This document shows, one piece after another, positions 8,998 through 18,245 of a stretch of 50,247 bases of DNA; within the stretch, counting starts at the first letter, position 1; each line of letters begins with the position of its first letter. The notes under the pieces are model-generated. The model was not told the DNA's origin. It worked only from the letters and a program-made list of their open reading frames with translations, and searched no databases. Both the position numbers and the translations under genes were made by a program. Source of the stretch: Minisyncoccota bacterium (GTDB taxonomy: Bacteria; Patescibacteriota; Microgenomatia; UBA1400; UBA12028); assembly GCA_016211945.1 (NCBI GenBank), contig JACRHV010000008.1, positions 1 through 50,247 of the forward strand, given 5' to 3'.

Positions 8998-10275
8998 ATG
9001 GTGAAAATTTCACACATCCTTGGAATGAACGGGCGCGATCAATTATATTGTGCGTTAAACAGTTATCAAGCAAAGAGGTATGGATTTTCGAAGTACGTCG
9101 CAAAAGAATTTTTTAAAAAACATAACATTCAAGTTGCACAACTCTACGGTATCGTAAAAAATGCTGAGCACATTCGCCGTTTTGATTGGGAAGGAGTTCA
9201 TGGTGGGTTTGCGGTCAAACCTTCAAATGGAAGCGCCGGAAAGGGTGTGCTTGTCATCAAAAAATATGATCATAAAAAAAGTGTATGGATCGATGTCGAG
9301 GGAAAACAGCATACGTCGGATGATCTACGATTTCATGCACAAAATATATTGGATGGACAGTACAGTACCTGGGGAACAACGCCGAATGTGATTATCGAAG
9401 AACGTGTTCCAATCCATCCCGATTTGGAACCGTATGTTCGATTTGGCACGCCGGATGTGCGCGTCATTGTCTTTAATAGAATTCCTGTGATGGCGATGGT
9501 GCGTTTACCAACAAAGGCTTCAGGAGGTCGCGCCAATCTTGACCAAGGCGCAATAGCGTTGGGAATCGATATGGGGACGGGAAAAACGATGTACGGGGTC
9601 TCGGGAAAGAAAAAAATTCTTCGAGAATTTCCTGAAACAACTCGAACAACCGTTGGATTACAGATCCCAAACTGGATCGATGTACTAAAAACTGCTGTAC
9701 GCGCAGCAAACGCGACAGGGTTACAGTACATGGGCGCAGATATTTTTATTCACCCCGAAAAGGGTCCGATGGTTGCAGAAGTCAATGCCTATCCCGGTCT
9801 CTCTATCCAACTCGCAAATCGTGCAGGACTTCGAAAGAGACTTCAACGTATAGAAGATATTGAGGCAAAAAATGTCAGTCAAGCTGTGAAGATTGGTCAA
9901 TCCCTTTTTGCTGAGAACTATCCCATCGAATCAGAAGGTGAGTTTGCAGTGATTTCCACAAAGGAGCCTGTGGAAATATTTGGCAAACACCACACTACAA
10001 TGCATGGGACAGCATTGATAAATACCTCAAGAGAGTGGAGTGCGATTTCTTTTTCTGCAGCAGAAAAACTTGGCCTTGCTGATAAGAATGATGTGTTGTG
10101 GACGCAGTACGTCGATGGAGAAACAAAAGAAGTTGTTGTCCAAGTGAAATATAAACTTCACGATGTTACAAAAACATCAGCGATGGTAGTTTCAAAACGA
10201 TTAAGTACAGGGAAATACATCATGCATTTGGGAAGAAAAGATCTTACGGGATATTTTATAGGAGTATCGCGATGA
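8998..10275 (+). CDS. RimK-related ATP-grasp peptide ligase fused to a C-terminal retropepsin-like (DUF785 / Zn_protease-type) domain
   Basis: ATP-grasp blocks FAVKPSNGSAGKGVLVI, VIIEERV, DVRVIVF, ANLDQGAIALGID and GADIFIHPEKGPMVAEVNAYPG. Residues about 316-425 (ALINTSREWSAIS...KYIMHLGRKDL) align to the RimK-associated retropepsin-like fold with NTS in place of DTG. Confidence 0.75.
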   Translation: MVKISHILGMNGRDQLYCALNSYQAKRYGFSKYVAKEFFKKHNIQVAQLYGIVKNAEHIRRFDWEGVHGGFAVKPSNGSAGKGVLVIKKYDHKKSVWIDVEGKQHTSDDLRFHAQNILDGQYSTWGTTPNVIIEERVPIHPDLEPYVRFGTPDVRVIVFNRIPVMAMVRLPTKASGGRANLDQGAIALGIDMGTGKTMYGVSGKKKILREFPETTRTTVGLQIPNWIDVLKTAVRAANATGLQYMGADIFIHPEKGPMVAEVNAYPGLSIQLANRAGLRKRLQRIEDIEAKNVSQAVKIGQSLFAENYPIESEGEFAVISTKEPVEIFGKHHTTMHGTALINTSREWSAISFSAAEKLGLADKNDVLWTQYVDGETKEVVVQVKYKLHDVTKTSAMVVSKRLSTGKYIMHLGRKDLTGYFIGVSR

Positions 10276-11267
10276 AAGTCCTTCAATCTGCAATTCAACT
10301 CCTGCAGCCGCTCAATAAAGAAGAGGAAAAACAAAAGTTCTTGTTTGATAAACAATACAATCCTCAATTCGTATACGAAAAAACCATGGATCCAAAAATG
10401 ATGAGAAAGTATGGATCAATTTCAGATGAATATCTTCCGCTTGCATTGTCAATTTTAAAAAAAGGAGTTGAGATACGCGGGGAAGAAGAAAGTTTTCTTG
10501 AACTTGTCGAAGGAGGGAAAATTGATCGACAACAAGTTGAAAAAAATATTATCGAATACTTGAAAAAGTACGGATTAGAAAGAAAAATGCAGATACATTT
10601 TTCAAAAAGATTTCTTTCTCCAACAAGTGTAACCTGGCCGTACATCAATATTCGATTACCAATCATCCATCGCGAACGGGGAATCATCTACACACTTCAT
10701 CATGAAATTGGGACACATGTTTTTCGCAGACTCAATGATGAGCGTCAACCTTGGTACGAAAAGAGAGAGGCGTATCATCTCCATCAACCATATGAAACGG
10801 AAGAGGGTTTGGCAGTGATCAATGCACATATCTTTCGATCACATCCGCTTTTATGGCAGTCAGCGCTGTACTATTACTCGGTGTATCACGGATCACGCAT
10901 GTCATTTTCAGAACTCTATAAAGATCTTCGGCAGTACACAGTGAGTGAAGATTCACGATGGAGTATGTGTATGCGGATAAAAAGAGGAATACAAGACACG
11001 TCTGTTCCAGGAGCGTTTTCAAAAGATCAAATATATCTTCGTGGAGTTATAAAAGTGTTGCGGTGGTTGAAAGCACATACGTTTGACCCGAGACCTCTAT
11101 ACATAGGAAAGATTGCGGTGGAGGATGTTGAGGTTGCACAACACCTGAACCCGCAATATATCCCATTATTACCGTCATTTCTTCAAGAAGATGCGATCGA
11201 AGAGTATAAAAAACGTGTCCATTTTTTGATTGAAGAAAACTCGCTTCACCACATACTTAATGCCTAG
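10272..11267 (+). CDS. DUF1704 / QEGLA-motif metallopeptidase (MATCAP-like carboxypeptidase family)
   Basis: HHEIGTH (HExxxH, codons at 10701-10718) and YETEEGLAV (the QEGLA-type motif). ATGA overlap with the ATP-grasp stop. Confidence 0.75.
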   Translation: MKVLQSAIQLLQPLNKEEEKQKFLFDKQYNPQFVYEKTMDPKMMRKYGSISDEYLPLALSILKKGVEIRGEEESFLELVEGGKIDRQQVEKNIIEYLKKYGLERKMQIHFSKRFLSPTSVTWPYINIRLPIIHRERGIIYTLHHEIGTHVFRRLNDERQPWYEKREAYHLHQPYETEEGLAVINAHIFRSHPLLWQSALYYYSVYHGSRMSFSELYKDLRQYTVSEDSRWSMCMRIKRGIQDTSVPGAFSKDQIYLRGVIKVLRWLKAHTFDPRPLYIGKIAVEDVEVAQHLNPQYIPLLPSFLQEDAIEEYKKRVHFLIEENSLHHILNA

Positions 11268-12195
11268 ATTGTAACGATGGTATCCACGCTTCTCCTTCCG
11301 ATAAGAGAAGAAGAACTACGTTAAGGTGTTCAGAGTTTTCCAATGTTGCACCCTGTGATGCTCGTGGTACATATCCAAGTAAATCATCGAACTCTTTTTC
11401 GATCGTTGTTATGTATTGTTCTACCTCTCGTTTAGCTGCATGTTGCATGCGCAATGCTAATGCAATCTCTGTCATGAGATCTTTACTTAAACTTTTCTGA
11501 AGATTTTTGAGTGCGTATTGTAATGGCTCCACAGTCCAATGGAATTGTGATAGTGGCGCATGTTGATAAAACAGACTGGAACAGATAACAAGATGTGTGA
11601 GTCCGTAATAGTAATTTGTGTACTCAGCCTCATCGATATATGTGTGATGATCAAACACACGTTGAAATTGGTGAGAAAATTCATCTACTTTATCCAAATA
11701 ACCAAAAAAGTAGAGGAAGAACATAACACAGCACGCATAGGTAGATGAAACAAGAAGTGGAGTATCTTTTTGTAGTATCTCTGTCACCACATCGGAAATT
11801 AGGGATTGAGGTATCGCTATTGATACTGATGATTGGACTGTTTTCAAATAAAATTGTGTGAGTAATGCCGAATATAGAAGTGGGAAAGAGGGAAATGTTG
11901 TCCAATACGAAAGTCGTTTTACATCGGACGGTTTTAGTGGAGATGTATTCTGTACCCGTCTCTGTGTTTCTTCCAGTAACATTAGAATGTCTTTTTCAAT
12001 AGACCGATATTGTCTCGATTGTTCTATCGTATGTTGTTTACTGTGCGTTATAAATGCGGTTCGATTTTCTTCTGTAGGACATGCAATAGCGACTCTGTAC
12101 AAGAAATGTCGTTGTTTTTCAAAAGAAAGGGCCGAAAAATTGTGAAGATATGTTTCAACGATACGTCGTGAGATTGGATGCATGATCGAGGTCAT
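11257..12195 (-). CDS. hypothetical alpha-helical protein
   Basis: 312-aa ORF convergent with, and overlapping by 11 nt, the DUF1704 gene. No family recognised. The true start may be Met5 (12183) because a TGGTATAAT box overlaps the first ATG. Confidence 0.5.
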   Translation of the reverse strand: MTSIMHPISRRIVETYLHNFSALSFEKQRHFLYRVAIACPTEENRTAFITHSKQHTIEQSRQYRSIEKDILMLLEETQRRVQNTSPLKPSDVKRLSYWTTFPSFPLLYSALLTQFYLKTVQSSVSIAIPQSLISDVVTEILQKDTPLLVSSTYACCVMFFLYFFGYLDKVDEFSHQFQRVFDHHTYIDEAEYTNYYYGLTHLVICSSLFYQHAPLSQFHWTVEPLQYALKNLQKSLSKDLMTEIALALRMQHAAKREVEQYITTIEKEFDDLLGYVPRASQGATLENSEHLNVVLLLLSEGEAWIPSLQSRH

Positions 12196-12202
12196 TATAC
12201 CA
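12194..12202 (-). promoter_or_regulatory. extended -10 box TGGTATAAT (minus strand)
   Basis: Plus-strand attatacca at 12194-12202. The hexamer overlaps ATG 12195, and the next in-frame ATG (12183) lies 10 nt downstream. Confidence 0.4.
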
Positions 12203-12220
12203 GAGGGAGATCATCTTTCG

Positions 12221-12229
12221 TGATAAAAT
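12221..12229 (+). promoter_or_regulatory. extended -10 box TGaTAAAAT, 6 nt upstream of the mnmA ATG
   Basis: TG at 12221-12222, TAAAAT at 12224-12229, tcgctc, ATG 12236. No Shine-Dalgarno sequence. Confidence 0.45.
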
Positions 12230-12235
12230 TCGCTC

Positions 12236-13303
12236 ATGAAACGTGTTGCGCTTGGAATGTCCGGTGGAGTAGATTCGTCTGTTTCAGCAGTCCTTTTACA
12301 AGAACAAGGATATGACGTAACTGGGGTATTTTTGGAATGTTGGAGAGCACCCGGATGTCGGGCGGAAGAAGACAGAAAAGACGCATTAGGAATAGCTTTG
12401 CAACGGGGAATACCGTTTGAGGTATTGGACTTTAAGAAACAATACAAAGAGAAGGTGGTCGAGTACTTTTTCACCGAGTACTCTGCGGGGAGAACGCCCA
12501 ATCCTGACGTTTTGTGCAATAAAGAAATAAAGTTCGGTATGTTTTACGATTGGGCGATGGCGCATGGATTCGATGGTATTGCCACAGGCCATTATGCCCG
12601 TGTAGGTGTTGTCGATGGACAAAAAGCACTATTACGCGGCACAGATGAGAAAAAAGATCAGTCATATTTTCTTTATCTTTTACATGAAGAACAACTTGAG
12701 CATATATTGTTCCCCATTGGTCATATGAAAAAATCAGAGGTTCGGATGCTTGCTGAAAAACACAACCTTTCAGTTGCGAAAAAACCGGATTCACAAGGCA
12801 TTTGTTTCATTGGAGAAATTAACGTGCATTCGTTTTTAAAGGAGCGGTTGGGTGAAAATCCTGGTGTTGTTGTCAATACGAAAGGAGAGGTTATTGGAGA
12901 GCACAATGGTTTGTGGTTTTATACGATAGGGCAACGACACGGATTTACACTTCGGGGAAAGATTCGATCAGATCATCATGAATGGAAACACGTGATTCCT
13001 CCATTTTATGTTATTGCAAAAGATGCGGAACACAATACACTTATTGTTGGATACGGAGAAGAAACATTGAGAGATCGTTTTATTATTCACCAAACGCATT
13101 GGATTGGAAACGCGCCAAGAGATCAAGGAATGCATGTTCGTATCCGGCACGGAGGAGCACTTCTTCCGGCAACGATAACGCAGAGAATAGAAAGTGAGGA
13201 TGTTGAAGTGAGGTTAACAACGTCAGCCCAAGGCATCGCTGAAGGTCAGAGTGCGGTGCTGTATAAAAACGTCACATGTTTAGGTGGAGGGGTTATCCAA
13301 TGA
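12236..13303 (+). CDS. mnmA: tRNA-specific 2-thiouridylase
   Basis: PP-loop GMSGGVDSSV, NPDVLCNKEIKF, DQSYFL, and a conserved C-terminal barrel. Confidence 0.92.
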   Translation: MKRVALGMSGGVDSSVSAVLLQEQGYDVTGVFLECWRAPGCRAEEDRKDALGIALQRGIPFEVLDFKKQYKEKVVEYFFTEYSAGRTPNPDVLCNKEIKFGMFYDWAMAHGFDGIATGHYARVGVVDGQKALLRGTDEKKDQSYFLYLLHEEQLEHILFPIGHMKKSEVRMLAEKHNLSVAKKPDSQGICFIGEINVHSFLKERLGENPGVVVNTKGEVIGEHNGLWFYTIGQRHGFTLRGKIRSDHHEWKHVIPPFYVIAKDAEHNTLIVGYGEETLRDRFIIHQTHWIGNAPRDQGMHVRIRHGGALLPATITQRIESEDVEVRLTTSAQGIAEGQSAVLYKNVTCLGGGVIQ

Positions 13304-14169
13304 CTGGAGAATTACGTGCACAAGAAGATGCGCAGAAGGCGTATGAAGAGTCCAAACTTTACTTGGTAGAACCAACTGGTAAACATCGCTTGTCTCAATT
13401 GCTCATGGATGCGTCGCTGTTTTGCGAACATCGATCTGAGTTATTGCGGACAACAGAAAAAAAACATGTTGAAACCGGAAGACTTGCACTCCAATATCAT
13501 AAGGCGGCATTGAGGATCATCTGTGCTTCGAGTAAATTGAGGGATGAGTCCGAAGAGGAGATTCAGACTCAACGACAATATACCTATCACGCATTTTGTA
13601 CAGATATTTTTTCTTATGGATTGATCGATTCTGATTTGGAAAAAATAGATGAGTGGAGGAAGACGGATGCGTTGAAGAACAGGGGAATAGAGCCCCAGTT
13701 CGGAACATTCCGCAAAGATGAATATACCCCTCGTATTTTCAAGAAATATCTAAAAGAAGAGAACGATTACGGAACGTACGTTGAACTTGATCTTGCAGGA
13801 TTAAAAGTGTACAACACAACTTCAAATGCGTTTGGAGATATCGCATTACATGCCGTAGCAGATTTTGGGAGATATGTTTACGAGCAGTTGAACATGCCCC
13901 ATGGTGAAATAGGGAGACGCGGGGACGAGTTTTATCTTTTTTTCCCGAATATGGACCCAGAAACTGTCACAATGGCGATTACCCAAGCATATCAGAATTT
14001 TTACGACGCAGGTGGGTTTCTCGTACAATTTCATGATGAAAGTACTGGGAGTACATATAAAAAAGCAGTCCAGTTTTATTGGAGAGCATCTCAAGTAAAA
14101 AGATCGACATTTAACGCTGTGGTTCAGAAGATGGAAAATGAGATCGAGGATGAAAAATTACATATATAA
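13300..14169 (+). CDS. protein with a degenerate GGDEF-like nucleotidyl cyclase (palm) domain
   Basis: YVELDLAGLKVYNTTSNAFGDIALHAVADF...GRRGDEFYLFFPNMD aligns to the GGDEF pattern (lDiDhFKxiND..GHxxGDxxL...RxGGDEFxxll) with RGDEF at 13918-13932. ATG 13300 forms an ATGA overlap with the mnmA stop. Confidence 0.5.
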   Translation: MTGELRAQEDAQKAYEESKLYLVEPTGKHRLSQLLMDASLFCEHRSELLRTTEKKHVETGRLALQYHKAALRIICASSKLRDESEEEIQTQRQYTYHAFCTDIFSYGLIDSDLEKIDEWRKTDALKNRGIEPQFGTFRKDEYTPRIFKKYLKEENDYGTYVELDLAGLKVYNTTSNAFGDIALHAVADFGRYVYEQLNMPHGEIGRRGDEFYLFFPNMDPETVTMAITQAYQNFYDAGGFLVQFHDESTGSTYKKAVQFYWRASQVKRSTFNAVVQKMENEIEDEKLHI

Positions 14170-14174
14170 AGCAA

Positions 14175-14471
14175 ATGCTACAAAGATTGTCGGCGGAAAA
14201 AAGACATGGGGCGGATGCGTATGTTACGTTGTTGAAATACCTCGAACATAAAAGGGTCCCTTCGCAAGTTGTTGAAAAAATCGTTGATGCAGGTGTTGAG
14301 TTTGTTCTCAGTTTACTCGCCCTTGCTCCAGAAGAGGAAAAGGTTGTACGTCGTGGACTTGTGGATCTGCAGAGCATGTTTAACTCCCCGGACAGCGAGA
14401 AATTATTATCAGAAATATTGGCAGATACATCAAATCACAGTATGGGAAATTGGAAGAGGCATATTGTGTAA
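14175..14471 (+). CDS. hypothetical protein
   Basis: 98-aa ORF, the last of the mnmA operon. No motif recognised. Confidence 0.4.
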   Translation: MLQRLSAEKRHGADAYVTLLKYLEHKRVPSQVVEKIVDAGVEFVLSLLALAPEEEKVVRRGLVDLQSMFNSPDSEKLLSEILADTSNHSMGNWKRHIV

Positions 14472-14484
14472 TCTTAACTGAGAA

Positions 14485-14512
14485 TTGACATCCCTCCCAG
14501 ATTTGGTATTAT
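14485..14512 (+). promoter_or_regulatory. strong sigma70-type promoter TTGACA-N16-TGgTATTAT
   Basis: TTGACA at 14485-14490, TGG at 14504-14506, TATTAT at 14507-14512. Confidence 0.6.
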
Positions 14513-14559
14513 ACCCATTGCCTATGAACTCTTGAGAACTTGATCAAGTAGGGAACACA

Positions 14560-14589
14560 AACCTCGCTTGGTCGAGGTTTTCTTTTTTT
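14560..14589 (+). terminator. hairpin plus T-run (operon terminator or leader attenuator)
   Basis: aacctcg-cttggt-cgaggtt followed by ttctttttttc. It lies about 50 nt downstream of the promoter above and about 200 nt upstream of the 16S. Confidence 0.55.
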
Positions 14590-14644
14590 CAGAGGACCTC
14601 TTTTTCTGCACTATACGCCTTAAGCGGAGTAGCAATGAGAGTCG

Positions 14645-14656
14645 GCTCTTTAATAA
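14645..14656 (+). promoter_or_regulatory. boxA-like antitermination element
   Basis: GCTCTTTAATAA compared with the rrn boxA consensus TGCTCTTTAACAA. Confidence 0.5.
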
Positions 14657-14698
14657 ATGAACATGACATGAAGTCAGCCGCTTGCACAGTGGTGGGAA

Positions 14699-14708
14699 GC
14701 TCTTTAAC
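14699..14708 (+). promoter_or_regulatory. second boxA-like element in the 16S leader
   Basis: GCTCTTTAAC lies immediately after the 5' strand of the 16S processing stem (14678-14696). Confidence 0.5.
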
Positions 14709-14794
14709 GGAGTTTCTTTTCTTACTGCGCAAGCAATAATTTTAGTAAATTCCGTTAATTCTTTAAGTTAGATAAGAATCAAATTTCTTTTTTT

Positions 14795-16525
<1,731 letters not shown>

Positions 16526-16667
16526 AGGAGTGACATAGGAATCGAAGTCACGCTCGACTCCTTCTATAGGTAACTATAGTAAACTTCAAAGTCCTATGAC
16601 CTCGTGTCTAGGCCTTCCTACCACGGTGCAAGCGGTTGAAAGAAAATTGTCATGTTTATAGAAAAAG

Positions 16668-16687
16668 CCCTGCGTATGCGGGGTTTT
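16668..16687 (+). terminator. hairpin plus T-run downstream of the 16S processing stem
   Basis: ccctgc-gtat-gcgggg then tttt, preceded by an A-run. It lies about 30 nt after the 3' strand of the processing stem (16617-16635). Confidence 0.45.
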
Positions 16688-16719
16688 CGTGTATAATGAG
16701 AATGAGAAAAGAAAATTTT

Positions 16720-17037
16720 ATGGCAGAAAAAACGTCACTTACCTCGGAAGAACTACACAAACTTCTCGAATTATTTGAGCAAAGAAATATAGGGGGGGGA
16801 TGTTCTACTTTTAATGAGATAAAATCCTTGGGGTTGAGAGATCCAATATACCCAAGAGTAGGAATGATTAAATTACTTATCGCACACATAGCGACGATTG
16901 ATAACATTAAAGATAGAGATTCGACATATGCAAAAGATGAAATCGAAAGAATAATTATAGAACATGTCATTCCCATTTTGCAATTTTTATTACAAGAACT
17001 ATCACCAGATGTTGAGGCAGCGGTAATAAGTGAATAA
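16720..17037 (+). CDS. small hypothetical protein in the 16S-tRNA-Ile spacer
   Basis: 105 aa from ATG 16720; the track start at 16636 is TTG and sits inside the 16S trailer. In-frame ATG 16702 lies 4 nt after a TATAAT box (16692-16697). The ORF contains a G8 run at 16792-16799. Confidence 0.4.
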   Translation: MAEKTSLTSEELHKLLELFEQRNIGGGCSTFNEIKSLGLRDPIYPRVGMIKLLIAHIATIDNIKDRDSTYAKDEIERIIIEHVIPILQFLLQELSPDVEAAVISE

Positions 17038-17053
17038 AGGTTAGGAGGTGCAT

Positions 17054-17329
17054 ATGGCAGAACAATCAGCGCAAGAAAAAAGCGAAGCATTTTTAGCAGA
17101 ATTACGTAAAGTTCTCACTCCGTTTATGCAACCAGGAATAATATCACTCAATCCAAAATTTGAGGAGGCAAAGAGGGCAGTGGAAGAATCAAATATTCTA
17201 ACAACATTTCCCGATCTTGCTTATTTACTCGATCATTCAACAATGGCAGAAGCACTCTTACTTGCAATACTTTCAGGTAATGGAAAAATTTACGTAAAAA
17301 ATGATGGTGTGATCGGAGTATCTCTCTAA
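17054..17329 (+). CDS. small hypothetical protein
   Basis: AGGAGG at 17043-17048, 5 nt before ATG 17054 (the track start at 17048 is GTG). 91 aa. Confidence 0.45.
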   Translation: MAEQSAQEKSEAFLAELRKVLTPFMQPGIISLNPKFEEAKRAVEESNILTTFPDLAYLLDHSTMAEALLLAILSGNGKIYVKNDGVIGVSL

Positions 17330-17344
17330 TTTCTTTTTCTCACA

Positions 17345-17353
17345 TGATACAAT
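17345..17353 (+). promoter_or_regulatory. extended -10 box TGaTACAAT upstream of tRNA-Ile
   Basis: TG at 17345-17346 and TACAAT at 17348-17353, 17 nt before the tRNA 5' end. Confidence 0.45.
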
Positions 17354-17370
17354 ACCTCTTGTCTTCTTTT

Positions 17371-17442
17371 GGGTCACTAGCTCAGTGGTAGAGCGCTTTC
17401 CTGATAAGAAAGAGGTCAATGGTTCGATCCCATTGTGACCCA
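17371..17442 (+). tRNA. tRNA-Ile (anticodon GAU)
   Basis: Hand-folded cloverleaf: acceptor gggtcac/gtgaccc, D arm gctc-agtggta-gagc, anticodon arm ctttc-ctGATaa-gaaag, T arm aatgg-ttcgatc-ccatt. No encoded CCA. Confidence 0.9.
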
Positions 17443-17449
17443 CAGAGAT

Positions 17450-17713
17450 TTATTTTTCTTGCATCTTTACCCACATCCTTTTGAAAAACGGTAGGGTCAG
17501 TGTTGAAAGCAAAAAACCTATCGTTGGAACAATCGTGTTTATCCACGGGTTAACTTGCAATATATACTGAAAATACAATCCAATCGCTGTGTACGTAAAC
17601 AACGCAATTAAAGCTTTTCTTGCCAAACTTCCTTCCCATTTCTTATCCATTTCTACCCGAGCATTACGCTCCTCAATGCGATGAACACGCTCTTCGATAT
17701 TCAATATTTTCAT
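17450..17713 (-). CDS. small membrane protein (charged helical N-terminus plus 2 TM)
   Basis: MKILNIEERVHRIEERNARVEMDKKWEGS followed by two hydrophobic helices. ATG 17713 forms an ATGA overlap with the upstream stop (Met16 of the track ORF). Confidence 0.55.
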   Translation of the reverse strand: MKILNIEERVHRIEERNARVEMDKKWEGSLARKALIALFTYTAIGLYFQYILQVNPWINTIVPTIGFLLSTLTLPFFKRMWVKMQEK

Positions 17714-18222
17714 ACTATTCCCCAACTTCCCTGTGCGACTTCTTTGTATATGTTGCATGAATCAACAGTCCATTTTTCGTCAAATTTTTGATGAATAAGT
17801 TCGGAGGAAATATTTCCTGCATTGTAATCAATCGTGGTATGTGCTCGGTATTGCGGAATAACTCCACTCGTAAATGGCGATGTATCGAGTTCGACATATG
17901 GTGCAATTGCTGACCCATAACGTTTGTGTAATTGTTCAAATATTTTCGCAGGTTCTATCTCCATATGCAGAATTTTTCGATCATGCTGTGTAAATACACC
18001 GACATTCCCAAACGATGCCATAAACACATCGAAATGAATACTTTTTATTGCACGAGTTACATCGTCTATTGTTGAATCATTTTTTATTGTAAACGGAGAC
18101 ACAATCGTGACATGATGAAAGTGAACGGGGCTAGGATGTCCAGTCATTTGTATACACATCTGATCGAGTTTGGCAACACAGTGTTTTGGGAGTGGAGTAG
18201 CAATAACATACCGCTGTGCCAT
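17710..18222 (-). CDS. 2H phosphoesterase superfamily protein (LigT/ThpR-like RNA 2',3'-cyclic phosphodiesterase / 2'-5' ligase)
   Basis: Two H-x-T-x motifs at the expected spacing (FHHVTIV and RAHTTID) in a 170-aa protein. Confidence 0.7.
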   Translation of the reverse strand: MAQRYVIATPLPKHCVAKLDQMCIQMTGHPSPVHFHHVTIVSPFTIKNDSTIDDVTRAIKSIHFDVFMASFGNVGVFTQHDRKILHMEIEPAKIFEQLHKRYGSAIAPYVELDTSPFTSGVIPQYRAHTTIDYNAGNISSELIHQKFDEKWTVDSCNIYKEVAQGSWGIV

Positions 18223-18245
18223 GGTCAGTATGATACACTATACCC

